Source: an uncultured bacterium
GTDB lineage: Bacteria > SAR324 > NAC60-12
Length of the DNA: 10,728 nucleotides
Direction of reading: 5' to 3'
Assembly (NCBI GenBank): GCA_964010765.1
Contig: CAXGMD010000096.1
Location: 1 to 10,728 of the forward strand
Within the stretch, counting starts at the first letter, position 1; each line of letters opens with the position of its first letter. A program made the position numbers and the translations under genes. Shown here in pieces: positions 1-8,186 of this stretch. The notes beneath the pieces were generated by a model that was given only the letters and a program-made list of their open reading frames with translations, was not told the origin of the DNA and did no database searches.

Positions 1-2
1 AT

Positions 3-638
3 GATCAGCTGTTGGAATACTTACGGCAGAACGCTGTGCGTGAACCAAAGGTGCTGCAAGAGTTGCGTGAAGAAACCCAGCGACTGCCCAATGCAGGAAT
101 GCAGATCTCTTCTGAGCAGGGACAGCTGATGGCGATGCTAGTCAAGCTGGTCAACGCTCGAAAAATCATTGAGGTCGGCACCTTCACGGGGTATAGCTCC
201 ACGGTGATGGCCCTGGCGATGCCTCCAGAAGGTCAGTTGATTGCCTGTGATGTGAGTGAAGAATACACGCAGATGGCAAGAAAGTTTTGGCAGAAAGCCG
301 GAGTGGAGCAAAAGGTTCAGCTGATCCTGGGGAACGCCAAGGAGAGCTTGAAACAACTCTTAGAGGCTGGCGAACAAGAAGCATTTGATCTGGCTTTCAT
401 TGATGCGGATAAGACAGCGTACGCTGACTACTACGAATGCTGCCTGCAATTGCTCCGGCCCAGTGGTTTGGTCCTGGTCGATAATGTTCTCTGGGGAGGA
501 CAGGTTGCGGACTCTTCGAATCATGATGTGGATACGGAAGCTCTGCGTACCTTCAATGCAGCTCTGTCCAGTGATCAACGTATCGACCTGTGCATGGTTC
601 CGATTGGAGATGGACTAACCGTCGCTCGAAAACGCTGA
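3..638 (+). CDS. Class I SAM-dependent O-methyltransferase (caffeoyl-CoA/catechol OMT family, Methyltransf_3-like), 5'-truncated by the window edge
   Basis: The frame is open from position 3 (D-Q-L-L-E-Y-L-R...), so the true start probably lies upstream of the window rather than at TTG 12. Motifs: SAM-binding IEVGTFTGYS, FDLAFIDADK, VLVDNVLWGG, and C-terminal PIGDGLTVARK. TGA at 636-638. Confidence 0.93.
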   Translation, partial: DQLLEYLRQNAVREPKVLQELREETQRLPNAGMQISSEQGQLMAMLVKLVNARKIIEVGTFTGYSSTVMALAMPPEGQLIACDVSEEYTQMARKFWQKAGVEQKVQLILGNAKESLKQLLEAGEQEAFDLAFIDADKTAYADYYECCLQLLRPSGLVLVDNVLWGGQVADSSNHDVDTEALRTFNAALSSDQRIDLCMVPIGDGLTVARKR

Positions 639-669
639 AGAGCTGCTCAACCAGAACAACACGCTCACA

Positions 670-1245
670 TCAACATGAGGAGTTGATCCTCCACAGATCT
701 CCTGTGTTCCCAGAGATCACAACATCCGCATATTCTTCGGGTCGATCCCGCAACAAGTATTCATCTTCCTCTGCCATCCCCTGTTGCCAGAGAGGCAAGG
801 CCTCTTCCCCGTCTCGTTCAAGTCCCCGCTGTAGCCGTAATTCCCGATCTGTCTCAACAAAAATCGCAAAACTGAGATAGGGACGAAACTCGACTCTCGA
901 AGCACTAACCCCCTCCACAAGAACTACTGGACAAGGTTCCACAGTCTCCCACTCTCCAAGTTGGTTTTTCTGCCAATCAAACTTCTGATAGCGAGTCGGA
1001 CGGTTTTGCCGCAGCGGCTCCAGAACCTGCGTGATCATGCGTGGATACCAGTCCAGTGGATGATCCCAGGAAGCAAAGTCATCTGTGTGGATGAGTGGGC
1101 AGTCATCAAGCAGTGCCGCCAACTTTGCAGCCAAGCTCGATTTGCCAGCCCCACCACACCCATCGATGGCCACAATCCTGGTTTGCATCCCTTCTGGGGA
1201 TGTTGATTTGGAGATGATCTGCTTGATTTGTAGTAAAGGATTCAC
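670..1245 (-). CDS. P-loop kinase of the uridine kinase/phosphoribulokinase/PanK-like superfamily, substrate unknown
   Basis: 191 aa with Walker A IVAIDGCGGAGKS, HTDDF, YQKFDW, VVLVEG and R-x-x-R-x-x-x-RD lid (RLQRGLERDG). Start is GTG 1245, or ATG 1188 (MQTRIVAIDG). Confidence 0.82.
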   Translation of the reverse strand: MNPLLQIKQIISKSTSPEGMQTRIVAIDGCGGAGKSSLAAKLAALLDDCPLIHTDDFASWDHPLDWYPRMITQVLEPLRQNRPTRYQKFDWQKNQLGEWETVEPCPVVLVEGVSASRVEFRPYLSFAIFVETDRELRLQRGLERDGEEALPLWQQGMAEEDEYLLRDRPEEYADVVISGNTGDLWRINSSC

Positions 1246-1343
1246 GAGGTAGCTTGGATGTCAGAGAGTCAGAATTTGAGTGGTGGTTGACTGGCTAAAC
1301 TTGAGTTGGATAGGAGATTTCTTGGGCCTCTCGGGTGATAAGC

Positions 1344-3308
1344 TCAATGAGCTTCAGGCCCTAAACTCTGTAGCCAGCACGCTTGATAGGGTTCGATGTG
1401 GAGACCTCCTGAAAGCTGTAGTCTTTTTGAATTCAGTAGATCTTGAGCCTGATCAGTGAAGCCCTGAACCTTCAGTTCATTTGAGGAGATGATCTGAGGA
1501 CGCTCGGTAAAGTTGTTTAGCAGCAGCAGGCTCTGAGAAGCCTGATTTCTGAGATAGGCAAACACGTGGTCATTGTCCACATTTAGGAATGTTGTCTGTC
1601 CCTGAGCAAGAACCGGAATAGAACAACGCAGTTGTAAGCGTTGCTGGATTCCAGCTCGAATACGTGCGGCTGGCGAGTTGGGATCGTTCAAAGCCTGTGC
1701 TTCCTGAGACCAGTCGCGTACTGGACGGTGAACCCAGCGCGAATCCGAGGCCTGCTCCGGACGCTGGGCAAACGAGTAGTCGTTGAGCATTCCTGATTCA
1801 TCCCCGAGATAAATCAACGGAATCCCGCCAATGCTGAAGACCACGCTGTAGAGAAGCAGAATGCGCTCGATGGCCAAGTCCACGGCCTCTGGAGCACCAC
1901 TGGCTAGCGCGACTTCCAAACCCGCTAGAGAAGCTAGAGTCCCGGAAATCCGAGCGTCACCAGTCACTGGGTTTTCCTGGAAAGGCAGACCCCGGGCAAA
2001 ACTCCCAGGGAAACGACCGGTGTAGAAGTCATTGAGAAACTTGCGATGTCCAGCGCCATCGATGCCTAATTGAGAAGCGATTGCGTCATCAAAGGTCCAT
2101 CCGATGTCATCATGACAGCGCAGGTAGTTGACCCAGGCGCATTCTGGATCAATCGGAAAGCGTGCGTGTAGTGAAGCACGTAGTAGGCGGGTATTGCGGG
2201 TAGCAAGTGACTCCCAGAGCAACGCCATCAGCAGAGGATTGTAGCTTAGGCGGCATTCGTCTGGACGGATATAGCGGGCAACTTCGTCTGGGTGAACGAT
2301 CGCCTCTGATTTGAGCAGTAGTGCTGGCGCAGCGATCGCACACAAGGCATTGTAGGCCTGCAGAATCCAGTGCGCCTCCGGCTGGTTCTCACAGTCTGTT
2401 CCAGCTCGTTTCCAGATGAACGCTACCGCGTCCATGCGCAGGACCTCGATCCCTTGGTTGGTGAGAAAGAGCATCTCGGCCAGCATGCCTCGAAAGACTT
2501 CCGGATTGCTGTAGTTCAGGTCCCACTGGAACTCAAAGAAGGTCGTCCAGACCCACTTCTGTGATTTCTCACACCAGGTAAAGCTTCCACCCCGATCCGG
2601 GAAGATGATCCGCAGGTGCTGCTGCCACGCAATTGTGTCTTCCTCCCGATCAAACATCCAGTAGTACTGCTGAAACTCCGGATCTCCCGATTGTGCCTTG
2701 CTGGCCCACTCATGGTTGTTTGCGGTATGGTTGAAGATGAAGTCGACAACTAGGCTGATACCCACCTCTCTTAGTTCCTGCGCCAGTTGCGCCAGTTCTG
2801 CCATCGTGCCCAGTGGAGGATCAACGTCACGGTAGCTGCTGACTGCATAACCACCGTCATTCTCTCCATCTGGTCGGGCAAACAGCGGCATCAGGTGCAG
2901 ATAGGTCAGGCCAAGTTCCTGGTAAGTGGGAATCTGTTTTCGGATGCCTTCCAGGTTGCCAGCCTGCAGGTCTACGTAGCCAGTTGCCCCGAGCATCTTC
3001 GGGTCATGGACCCAGTTTGGATTGCTCAGACGTCGCAAATCCAGCTGTTGCAGCTCAGTGGAGCGGCTCAGTCCAGAGTTCAAGGCCTCGAAGACGATCT
3101 CTTCTAGGTGATAGAAGAAGTCGTAGCGGCCTCCGTAGAGTGCATGTAGTCGATCAAAGAGGGCTGGGAACTGCTTTTCAGTCCGCTCCCAAAGTGTCTG
3201 CCACTGTGCTTCAGTGGCGGCAGGCTGCTGTAGAAAACGAGTACGCCAGCGGGGTTTCAGCCGCTTCAGGCTGAGCACAGCCTGATCGGGAAGTGAAGGA
3301 GGGTTCAT
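1344..3308 (-). CDS. Amylosucrase/sucrose hydrolase family glycoside hydrolase (GH13, subfamily 4-like)
   Basis: 654 aa with LTYLHLMP, NDGGYAVSSYR, DFIFNHT, WTTF-x-x-FQWDLNY, LRMDAVAFIWK (nucleophile Asp, codon 2430-2432), KSEAIVHP (acid/base Glu, codon 2304-2306), YLRCHDDIGW, RISGTLASLAG, GGIPLIYLGDE and DSRWVHRP. No signal peptide, so cytoplasmic. Confidence 0.93.
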   Translation of the reverse strand: MNPPSLPDQAVLSLKRLKPRWRTRFLQQPAATEAQWQTLWERTEKQFPALFDRLHALYGGRYDFFYHLEEIVFEALNSGLSRSTELQQLDLRRLSNPNWVHDPKMLGATGYVDLQAGNLEGIRKQIPTYQELGLTYLHLMPLFARPDGENDGGYAVSSYRDVDPPLGTMAELAQLAQELREVGISLVVDFIFNHTANNHEWASKAQSGDPEFQQYYWMFDREEDTIAWQQHLRIIFPDRGGSFTWCEKSQKWVWTTFFEFQWDLNYSNPEVFRGMLAEMLFLTNQGIEVLRMDAVAFIWKRAGTDCENQPEAHWILQAYNALCAIAAPALLLKSEAIVHPDEVARYIRPDECRLSYNPLLMALLWESLATRNTRLLRASLHARFPIDPECAWVNYLRCHDDIGWTFDDAIASQLGIDGAGHRKFLNDFYTGRFPGSFARGLPFQENPVTGDARISGTLASLAGLEVALASGAPEAVDLAIERILLLYSVVFSIGGIPLIYLGDESGMLNDYSFAQRPEQASDSRWVHRPVRDWSQEAQALNDPNSPAARIRAGIQQRLQLRCSIPVLAQGQTTFLNVDNDHVFAYLRNQASQSLLLLNNFTERPQIISSNELKVQGFTDQAQDLLNSKRLQLSGGLHIEPYQACWLQSLGPEAH

Positions 3309-3390
3309 ATGAAAGAGGTTGTAGAAACCACGAGGGCAGCAGTGCCAAGGGGGTTTGGAGCAACCGAAATGGGCAGTGGGCTGAGGTTCA

Positions 3391-4545
3391 CTATCCTCCC
3401 TTGACAGAACCTGCTACCAAGCCCCGCACAAAGTAACGCTGGAGAGCAAAGAAGACGACCAAGGGTACTATGATGGAGATGAAAGCGCTGCTGGTCAGAA
3501 TCTCCCAGTTATCTCCACGAGAACCCAGTAGTTCGCGCATCTTGGAGGTCAGAACGATCTGGTCATCACCCTTGCCCAGAAACACCAGCGCGACTAGCAG
3601 ATCATTCCAGACCCATAGAAACTGGAAAATCGTGAACGACGCCAAGGCAGGCACTGACAGTGGAACCACGACTCTTGTGAAGGTCTGAAAATGAGAGGCG
3701 CCATCCATTCGAGCCGACTCAATGATGTCTCTTGGGAGCGAGCGGATATAGTTGCGTAGTAAATAGATTGCTAGCGGGAGCCCAAAGCCAGTATGAGCTA
3801 ACCAGATGCCGACGTAAGACTTGGCAGAGACATCTAGCAAGGCGCCGATGTTGTTGTACATGCGTAATAATGGAATCAACGACATTTGCAGTGGCACAAC
3901 CAACAACCCCACTACGACAACAAATAGGAACTGGCGTCCTGGAAACTGCATCCAGGCGAAGGCATAGGCAGCAAAGGCTGCGATAGTGATCGGGATGACT
4001 GTAGCTGGAATGGTCACTACGAAGGTATTCAGAAATGATTGCCCAATGCCCTCTGAGGTAAGTACTTCGAAGTAATTATCCAGTGTGAAGGTCGGGGGTG
4101 ATTTAGCGACAAAGAAGATGCGTTTGCCACGCTTTTCTTCAATGGGTTGCTCAGATTCCCAGCGATATGAACCATCTGCCTTAACACGAATCTGACTCTG
4201 GTCCTTGAAGGTTAGTACTTCTCCTGCCTTGTAAGCAGCGAGATCTCGGAAGTTGGTGTTGAAGGTCAAAATGGTTCGCTTGGAATCGTCCAGTAGATTT
4301 CCAGCAATCACGAACTTGCCACCTGTTTCCACCATTTGTTCACTGGTGCCAGTACGTCCTTGGCGATTCTGAACGGAGGTAGACAGCGCAGTCCACCAAC
4401 CTGTGGCGGCCAGTTGGTCTTTGTCTCGGAAGGAACTCACCAATAAGCCCACTGTTGGTAAAATCCAGAGAATGACCAACAGCAGCAAGCCCAAGTGGAC
4501 CATCAACTGTCCAGGAGTCAGGCGGATTCGCTTTGAGGTACTCAT
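3391..4545 (-). CDS. aglG: Carbohydrate ABC transporter permease, MalG/AglG type, with a large periplasmic loop
   Basis: 384 aa, multiple hydrophobic segments, EAA loop IIESARMDGAS, FQFLWVWNDLL, and C-terminus LQRYFVRGLVAGSVKGG. The N-terminal PTVGLLVSSFRDKDQL...GWW is characteristic of alpha-glucoside AglG. Its start overlaps the upstream permease stop (ATGA, 4542-4545). Confidence 0.9.
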   Translation of the reverse strand: MSTSKRIRLTPGQLMVHLGLLLLVILWILPTVGLLVSSFRDKDQLAATGWWTALSTSVQNRQGRTGTSEQMVETGGKFVIAGNLLDDSKRTILTFNTNFRDLAAYKAGEVLTFKDQSQIRVKADGSYRWESEQPIEEKRGKRIFFVAKSPPTFTLDNYFEVLTSEGIGQSFLNTFVVTIPATVIPITIAAFAAYAFAWMQFPGRQFLFVVVVGLLVVPLQMSLIPLLRMYNNIGALLDVSAKSYVGIWLAHTGFGLPLAIYLLRNYIRSLPRDIIESARMDGASHFQTFTRVVVPLSVPALASFTIFQFLWVWNDLLVALVFLGKGDDQIVLTSKMRELLGSRGDNWEILTSSAFISIIVPLVVFFALQRYFVRGLVAGSVKGG

Positions 4546-5555
4546 CGACCCTGCTCCTCTTCACGGAATTTTCGAATATTCCAAGCCATGATGGGAATCA
4601 CGGCGAGCATAATGAACACAGCAATCGTACTACCTCTTCCGGAGTCACCACCTCCACGGAACATCCAGTCAAACATCAGGTTGGCAAGTACCTCGGTTTC
4701 CCACTGGCCGTTGGTCATTGCGAGCACAATGTCAAAAATTTTCAGCACAATGATGGTGATGGTTGTCCAGACCACAATGATCGTGCTCATAATCTGCGGA
4801 ATCATGATCAGAAAGAAGATCTTTAGCTCACTGGCCCCGTCAATTTGGGCGGCTTCCAGTGTTTCCTTGGGCACTCCCCGTAAGGCTGCACTGAAGATGA
4901 CCATTGCAAAGCCTGTCTGAATCCAGACCAGGATCACCATCAAAAAGAAGTTGTTCCAGAAGGGAATGGTGATCCAGGCCTGTGGTTCACCACCGAGTCC
5001 AACTACGATCGCATTGAGGATACCGATCTGATCTGAGCCCGGACCCCGGAAGTCGTAGACGAACTTCCAGATCACGCTGGCTCCAACAAAACTAATGGCC
5101 ATCGGCATGAAAATCAGCGACTTGGCAATTGTACCCCACCAGACACGATCCGCTAACACAGCGACAATCAATCCAAAGACTACGCTTAGTGAAGGGACGA
5201 CTAGTAGCCAGAGAAAGTTGTTCCCAATGGATTGCAAAAACTCTGGATTTGCCAAAGCCCAGGTGTAGTTGCTCCAGCCTACCCAGCGTTCCCCAGTGAA
5301 GTCGTGGAAACTTAGCCAGACAGTCTCGAAGACTGGATAGACCAGATAAGTGAAAAGAAGAGAGAGTGCCGGCAATACAAATAGCCACGGCCGGATTGCG
5401 TGACGCAATTCATCACGACTTTCAATCTGGCCATTGGCAGTCTGTTTGTCACGAACCAAGGCTTCGAGCAATAGATTGGTACCCCAGAAATATAGCAGGC
5501 AGCTACTCACGCCTATAATAACGGCAATGGTCGCATCGAGTACCTGATCGAGCAT
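4542..5555 (-). CDS. aglF: Carbohydrate ABC transporter permease, MalF/AglF type
   Basis: Hydrophobic protein with RPWLFVLPA, KSLIFMPMAISFVGASVIWKFVY, WIQTGFAMV and EAA loop TLEAAQIDGAS. The ATG at 5555 (MLDQV) is preferred over the TTG at 5570 in the ORF track; the start is uncertain. Confidence 0.9.
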   Translation of the reverse strand: MLDQVLDATIAVIIGVSSCLLYFWGTNLLLEALVRDKQTANGQIESRDELRHAIRPWLFVLPALSLLFTYLVYPVFETVWLSFHDFTGERWVGWSNYTWALANPEFLQSIGNNFLWLLVVPSLSVVFGLIVAVLADRVWWGTIAKSLIFMPMAISFVGASVIWKFVYDFRGPGSDQIGILNAIVVGLGGEPQAWITIPFWNNFFLMVILVWIQTGFAMVIFSAALRGVPKETLEAAQIDGASELKIFFLIMIPQIMSTIIVVWTTITIIVLKIFDIVLAMTNGQWETEVLANLMFDWMFRGGGDSGRGSTIAVFIMLAVIPIMAWNIRKFREEEQGR

Positions 5556-5583
5556 GGCGATTCTTTTCAAAAAGAAGGAGAGG

Positions 5584-5605
5584 ACCGGGCCTCAAGAGAC
5601 CCGGT
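5584..5605 (-). terminator. Intercistronic stem-loop after the binding-protein gene (mRNA-stabilising hairpin or partial terminator)
   Basis: The minus strand reads ACCGGGTCTC-TT-GAGGCCCGGT (arms complementary with one G-U pair), followed by pyrimidine-rich CCTCTCCTTCTTTTT. It lies between the aglE stop (5633) and the aglF start. Confidence 0.65.
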
Positions 5606-5632
5606 GTTGCAGCAAGGTGGGAGATCAGAGAA

Positions 5633-7030
5633 TTACTTGATCGAGTCCCAGCTGTTCTGGATATTGTCGGCTACTTTCTGTGCAGAAGCACCACTGACGT
5701 AGAAGACCATCTGGCTCCAGAAAGATCCGGCACCAATCGCCCCTGGCATCAGGTCTGAGCCGTCAAAGCGGAAGGTCGTTGCATTCAGCAAGATCTCTCC
5801 CTGCTTGCGTAGTATTTCACTGGAGTACTTGTCTAGGTTGACTCCCTTGTGAGGTGTCAGGAAGCCGGCTCGAGCCATCCATATTTCGTGAGACATTGGA
5901 TGCTGTAGGAAGCGTATGAATTCACGAGTGGCAGGGCTATCCTTGGTCATGGCCAACAAGGTTCCACCTCCAAGCACTGGATTTCCTAGCTGGGAAGCCT
6001 TGGAAGCGAATGGTGGGAAGTAGAAGAAATCTGCGTCCGTGCCGACTTGCACTCCGTCTGGGAAGAACGCTGGAATGAAACTGGCCTGGCGGTGCATGTA
6101 GCACTTGGGTGGTACGCTGAAGAGTCCTTGTGGACTGTCACGGAAATCTGTTGCTCCTACGGCACGAGTTCCCCCTTCAACATAGTCGTTGTTCTTGGCG
6201 AACTGACCGAAGGTTTCGATTGCATTGATCACACGCGGGTCATTGAATTTGATGGAGTTGGCAACCCAGCCGTCATAGACATCTGGAGTCTGAGTGCGGA
6301 GCATGATGTCTTCAACCCAGTCGGTTGCAGGCCAACCAGTGGCGTCACCTGAACCTAGGCCAATACACCAGGGAGTCCCACCGTCCTTGACAATCTGGTC
6401 GCTTAACGCAATCAGGTCTTCCATGGTCTTTGGAATCTCGTAACCATCAGCTTCAAAGTTTTCTGGAACGTACCAGACCAGTGACTTGACGTTGACGTTG
6501 TAGAAGAAGCCATAGAACTGGTCCTTGCCGCTCTTGTCAGCGTAAGTGCCCAGGTCAACCCAGGACTGTCCAGCAGCGTAGTTGTCACGTACCCAAGCAG
6601 CGGTATCATCACCTAGAGGTACCAATCCATCAATAGCTGCCATGTTGGCTGCAAGGCCGGGCTGAGGGAAGGCTGCTAGATTTGGAGGGCTTCCAGCCTT
6701 GATGTCAATTACAATCTGTTGCTCAAAACTGTCTGAACCTGCATATTCGATCTTAGCCCCGGTAGCTTTTTCGAAAGCTGCAGTGACAGCCTCAAAGCTC
6801 TCTTCGTCCGCAGTTAACCAAGGGCCAGCAATGGTAACCGTTTGACCACTGAGATCTGGACCTTTGTAGGCGCTATGCCCACCAGCGTGAGCAACTGAGG
6901 AAAGTGCCACAGTCGCCAAGGCTGCCAGCATTGCGTTCATTAGCCGGTTTGTTGTGTTTTTCTTGAGACTTTGAAGGGCGGTCCCGGCCAATAATACGCC
7001 TTTCTTAGTCAATTGCTTGATCATCGACAT
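5633..7030 (-). CDS. aglE: Alpha-glucoside (sucrose/maltose/trehalose-type) ABC transporter periplasmic substrate-binding protein
   Basis: 465 aa with a Sec signal ending AHA|GGH. Family motifs: FPQPGL, VKSLVWY, PWCIGLGSGDATGWPATDWVED, CYMHRQASFI and FRFDGSDLMPGAIGAGSFW. An AGGAGA RBS on the minus strand (plus-strand tctcct, about 7039-7044) precedes ATG 7030. Confidence 0.9.
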   Translation of the reverse strand: MSMIKQLTKKGVLLAGTALQSLKKNTTNRLMNAMLAALATVALSSVAHAGGHSAYKGPDLSGQTVTIAGPWLTADEESFEAVTAAFEKATGAKIEYAGSDSFEQQIVIDIKAGSPPNLAAFPQPGLAANMAAIDGLVPLGDDTAAWVRDNYAAGQSWVDLGTYADKSGKDQFYGFFYNVNVKSLVWYVPENFEADGYEIPKTMEDLIALSDQIVKDGGTPWCIGLGSGDATGWPATDWVEDIMLRTQTPDVYDGWVANSIKFNDPRVINAIETFGQFAKNNDYVEGGTRAVGATDFRDSPQGLFSVPPKCYMHRQASFIPAFFPDGVQVGTDADFFYFPPFASKASQLGNPVLGGGTLLAMTKDSPATREFIRFLQHPMSHEIWMARAGFLTPHKGVNLDKYSSEILRKQGEILLNATTFRFDGSDLMPGAIGAGSFWSQMVFYVSGASAQKVADNIQNSWDSIK

Positions 7031-7072
7031 TGTTTGTTTCTCCTTGTCGGATTGAGAAAAATGGCCCGGAAC

Positions 7073-8113
7073 TCAGGGCCAAGCGATCACAGAGGATCGC
7101 CAGAACACGTCCCCACGTATACGTTGCAGGGTCGGTGTTTCGTTAGGTTCGTTACGGATCAGTTGTATCAAACGTTGCGCAGCTGCTATTCCCATGGATT
7201 CGTAGGGCAACTCCATGGTCGTCAGCGCAGGATAGAGGGTTTCAGCAATGGAACGGTGATTGTCGTAGCCTGCGATGGAAATGGCTTCTGGTACTGCCAT
7301 CCCCTGAGTTCGTAGTACTCCGTAGATGCGCATTGCCATCTCGTCGTTACCACAACAAATTACGGTCGGAGGATCGGGAAGTGCTAACCATGATTGAATG
7401 ATTTGCCACTGGAGTTGAGGTTCTTCTTCGCAACGCTCAAAATCACCACACTGTACCAAACCAAAGTCAAACGGCAACCCTGCCGCCTCCAAGGCTTTTC
7501 GGTAACCAGCAATGCGCAATTCCGTCGCAATGCACTCATGCAAACAAAGATAGGCAATGCGTCGGTGTCCTTCCTTGATCAAGTTCAAAACTAGATCACG
7601 TTGACCTTTTTGGTCGTCAGGAACAATGGCTGGTGTGCCCTGATCATCGAAGCAGTTCACAAGGATCATCTGTTGTCCTTGTGGAAGTGGAGGTAGTGAA
7701 ATTCGCTGGTGTCGGTCTGCCACGTAGATCAGTCCCTCCACTCGGTACTGTAGGAAGGTGTTGATTAGTGTTGGAATGCGCTTAGCCAGCCCACCAGTGT
7801 CCGCAATCATCAGGGTAATTTCTTCATCTGCGAGTACTCGTTGTATACCTTGCACAATGAAGAGATCTGGCAGGCCATGTGGTTCACTAAGTTCTGAAGA
7901 CTGTGACACTGCTCCAGTGATCAAGCCAACAATTCCGCTGCGATTGGAGCGCATGGAGCGGGCTGCCTTGGATGGTACGTACCCCAACTCGTTCATAGCT
8001 TGCTCCACTTGCTGTCGGGTCTCCAGACGAACAGGCGCATCATTGTTGATTACGCGGCTGACAGTCTTTGGTGAGACTTGCGCAGCTTTGGCTATATCGT
8101 AAATCGTGGGCAA
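7073..8113 (-). CDS. LacI/GalR-family transcriptional regulator
   Basis: 346 aa with N-terminal HTH TIYDIAKAAQVSPKTVSRVIN, hinge LGYVPSKAARSM, and effector-domain motifs GHRRIAY, CGNDEMA, SIAGYDN and PALTT. TTG start; an in-frame TAA lies 14 codons upstream with no in-frame ATG between. Confidence 0.95.
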   Translation of the reverse strand: MPTIYDIAKAAQVSPKTVSRVINNDAPVRLETRQQVEQAMNELGYVPSKAARSMRSNRSGIVGLITGAVSQSSELSEPHGLPDLFIVQGIQRVLADEEITLMIADTGGLAKRIPTLINTFLQYRVEGLIYVADRHQRISLPPLPQGQQMILVNCFDDQGTPAIVPDDQKGQRDLVLNLIKEGHRRIAYLCLHECIATELRIAGYRKALEAAGLPFDFGLVQCGDFERCEEEPQLQWQIIQSWLALPDPPTVICCGNDEMAMRIYGVLRTQGMAVPEAISIAGYDNHRSIAETLYPALTTMELPYESMGIAAAQRLIQLIRNEPNETPTLQRIRGDVFWRSSVIAWP

Positions 8114-8152
8114 GACGGCTTCATGCTGGTGGTTATGCTCTTTCTCAAGAAA

Positions 8153-8186
8153 TTATGACATCGGTGTCATGACACCGATGTCATAA
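8153..8186. promoter_or_regulatory. Double LacI-type operator forming a perfect 34-bp palindrome
   Basis: TTATGACATCGGTGTCA|TGACACCGATGTCATAA is its own reverse complement. It contains two 16-bp CG-centred boxes, ATGACATCGGTGTCAT (8155-8170) and ATGACACCGATGTCAT (8169-8184), about 40 bp upstream of the LacI gene. Confidence 0.85.

Noticed and set aside
3..638. O-methyltransferase as part of the sugar system (e.g. glucan methylation)
   Set aside because: It is convergently transcribed, belongs to a widespread catechol-type OMT family, and nothing in the sequence links it to the operon.
3309..3390. Intergenic stretch between aglG and the amylosucrase with short GGGCAG repeats
   Set aside because: Only short imperfect matches, with no convincing stem, operator copy or ORF remnant.
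4080..4390. Roughly 100-aa hydrophilic insertion in the AglG permease as a novel domain
   Set aside because: A long periplasmic loop at this position is, to my knowledge, a usual feature of many AglG-type permeases.
8122..8124. ATG just upstream of the LacI TTG start, suggesting a frameshifted 5' end
   Set aside because: It is out of frame (11 nt upstream), but the HTH begins immediately after the TTG (M-P-T-I-Y-D-I-A) as is normal for LacI proteins, so no pseudogene needs to be invoked.
8153..8186. 34-bp palindrome as a terminator, CRISPR repeat or transposon end
   Set aside because: It has no loop or U-tract, occurs once in the window, has no spacers, cas genes or transposase nearby, and lies between divergent gene starts. 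An operator is the better explanation.
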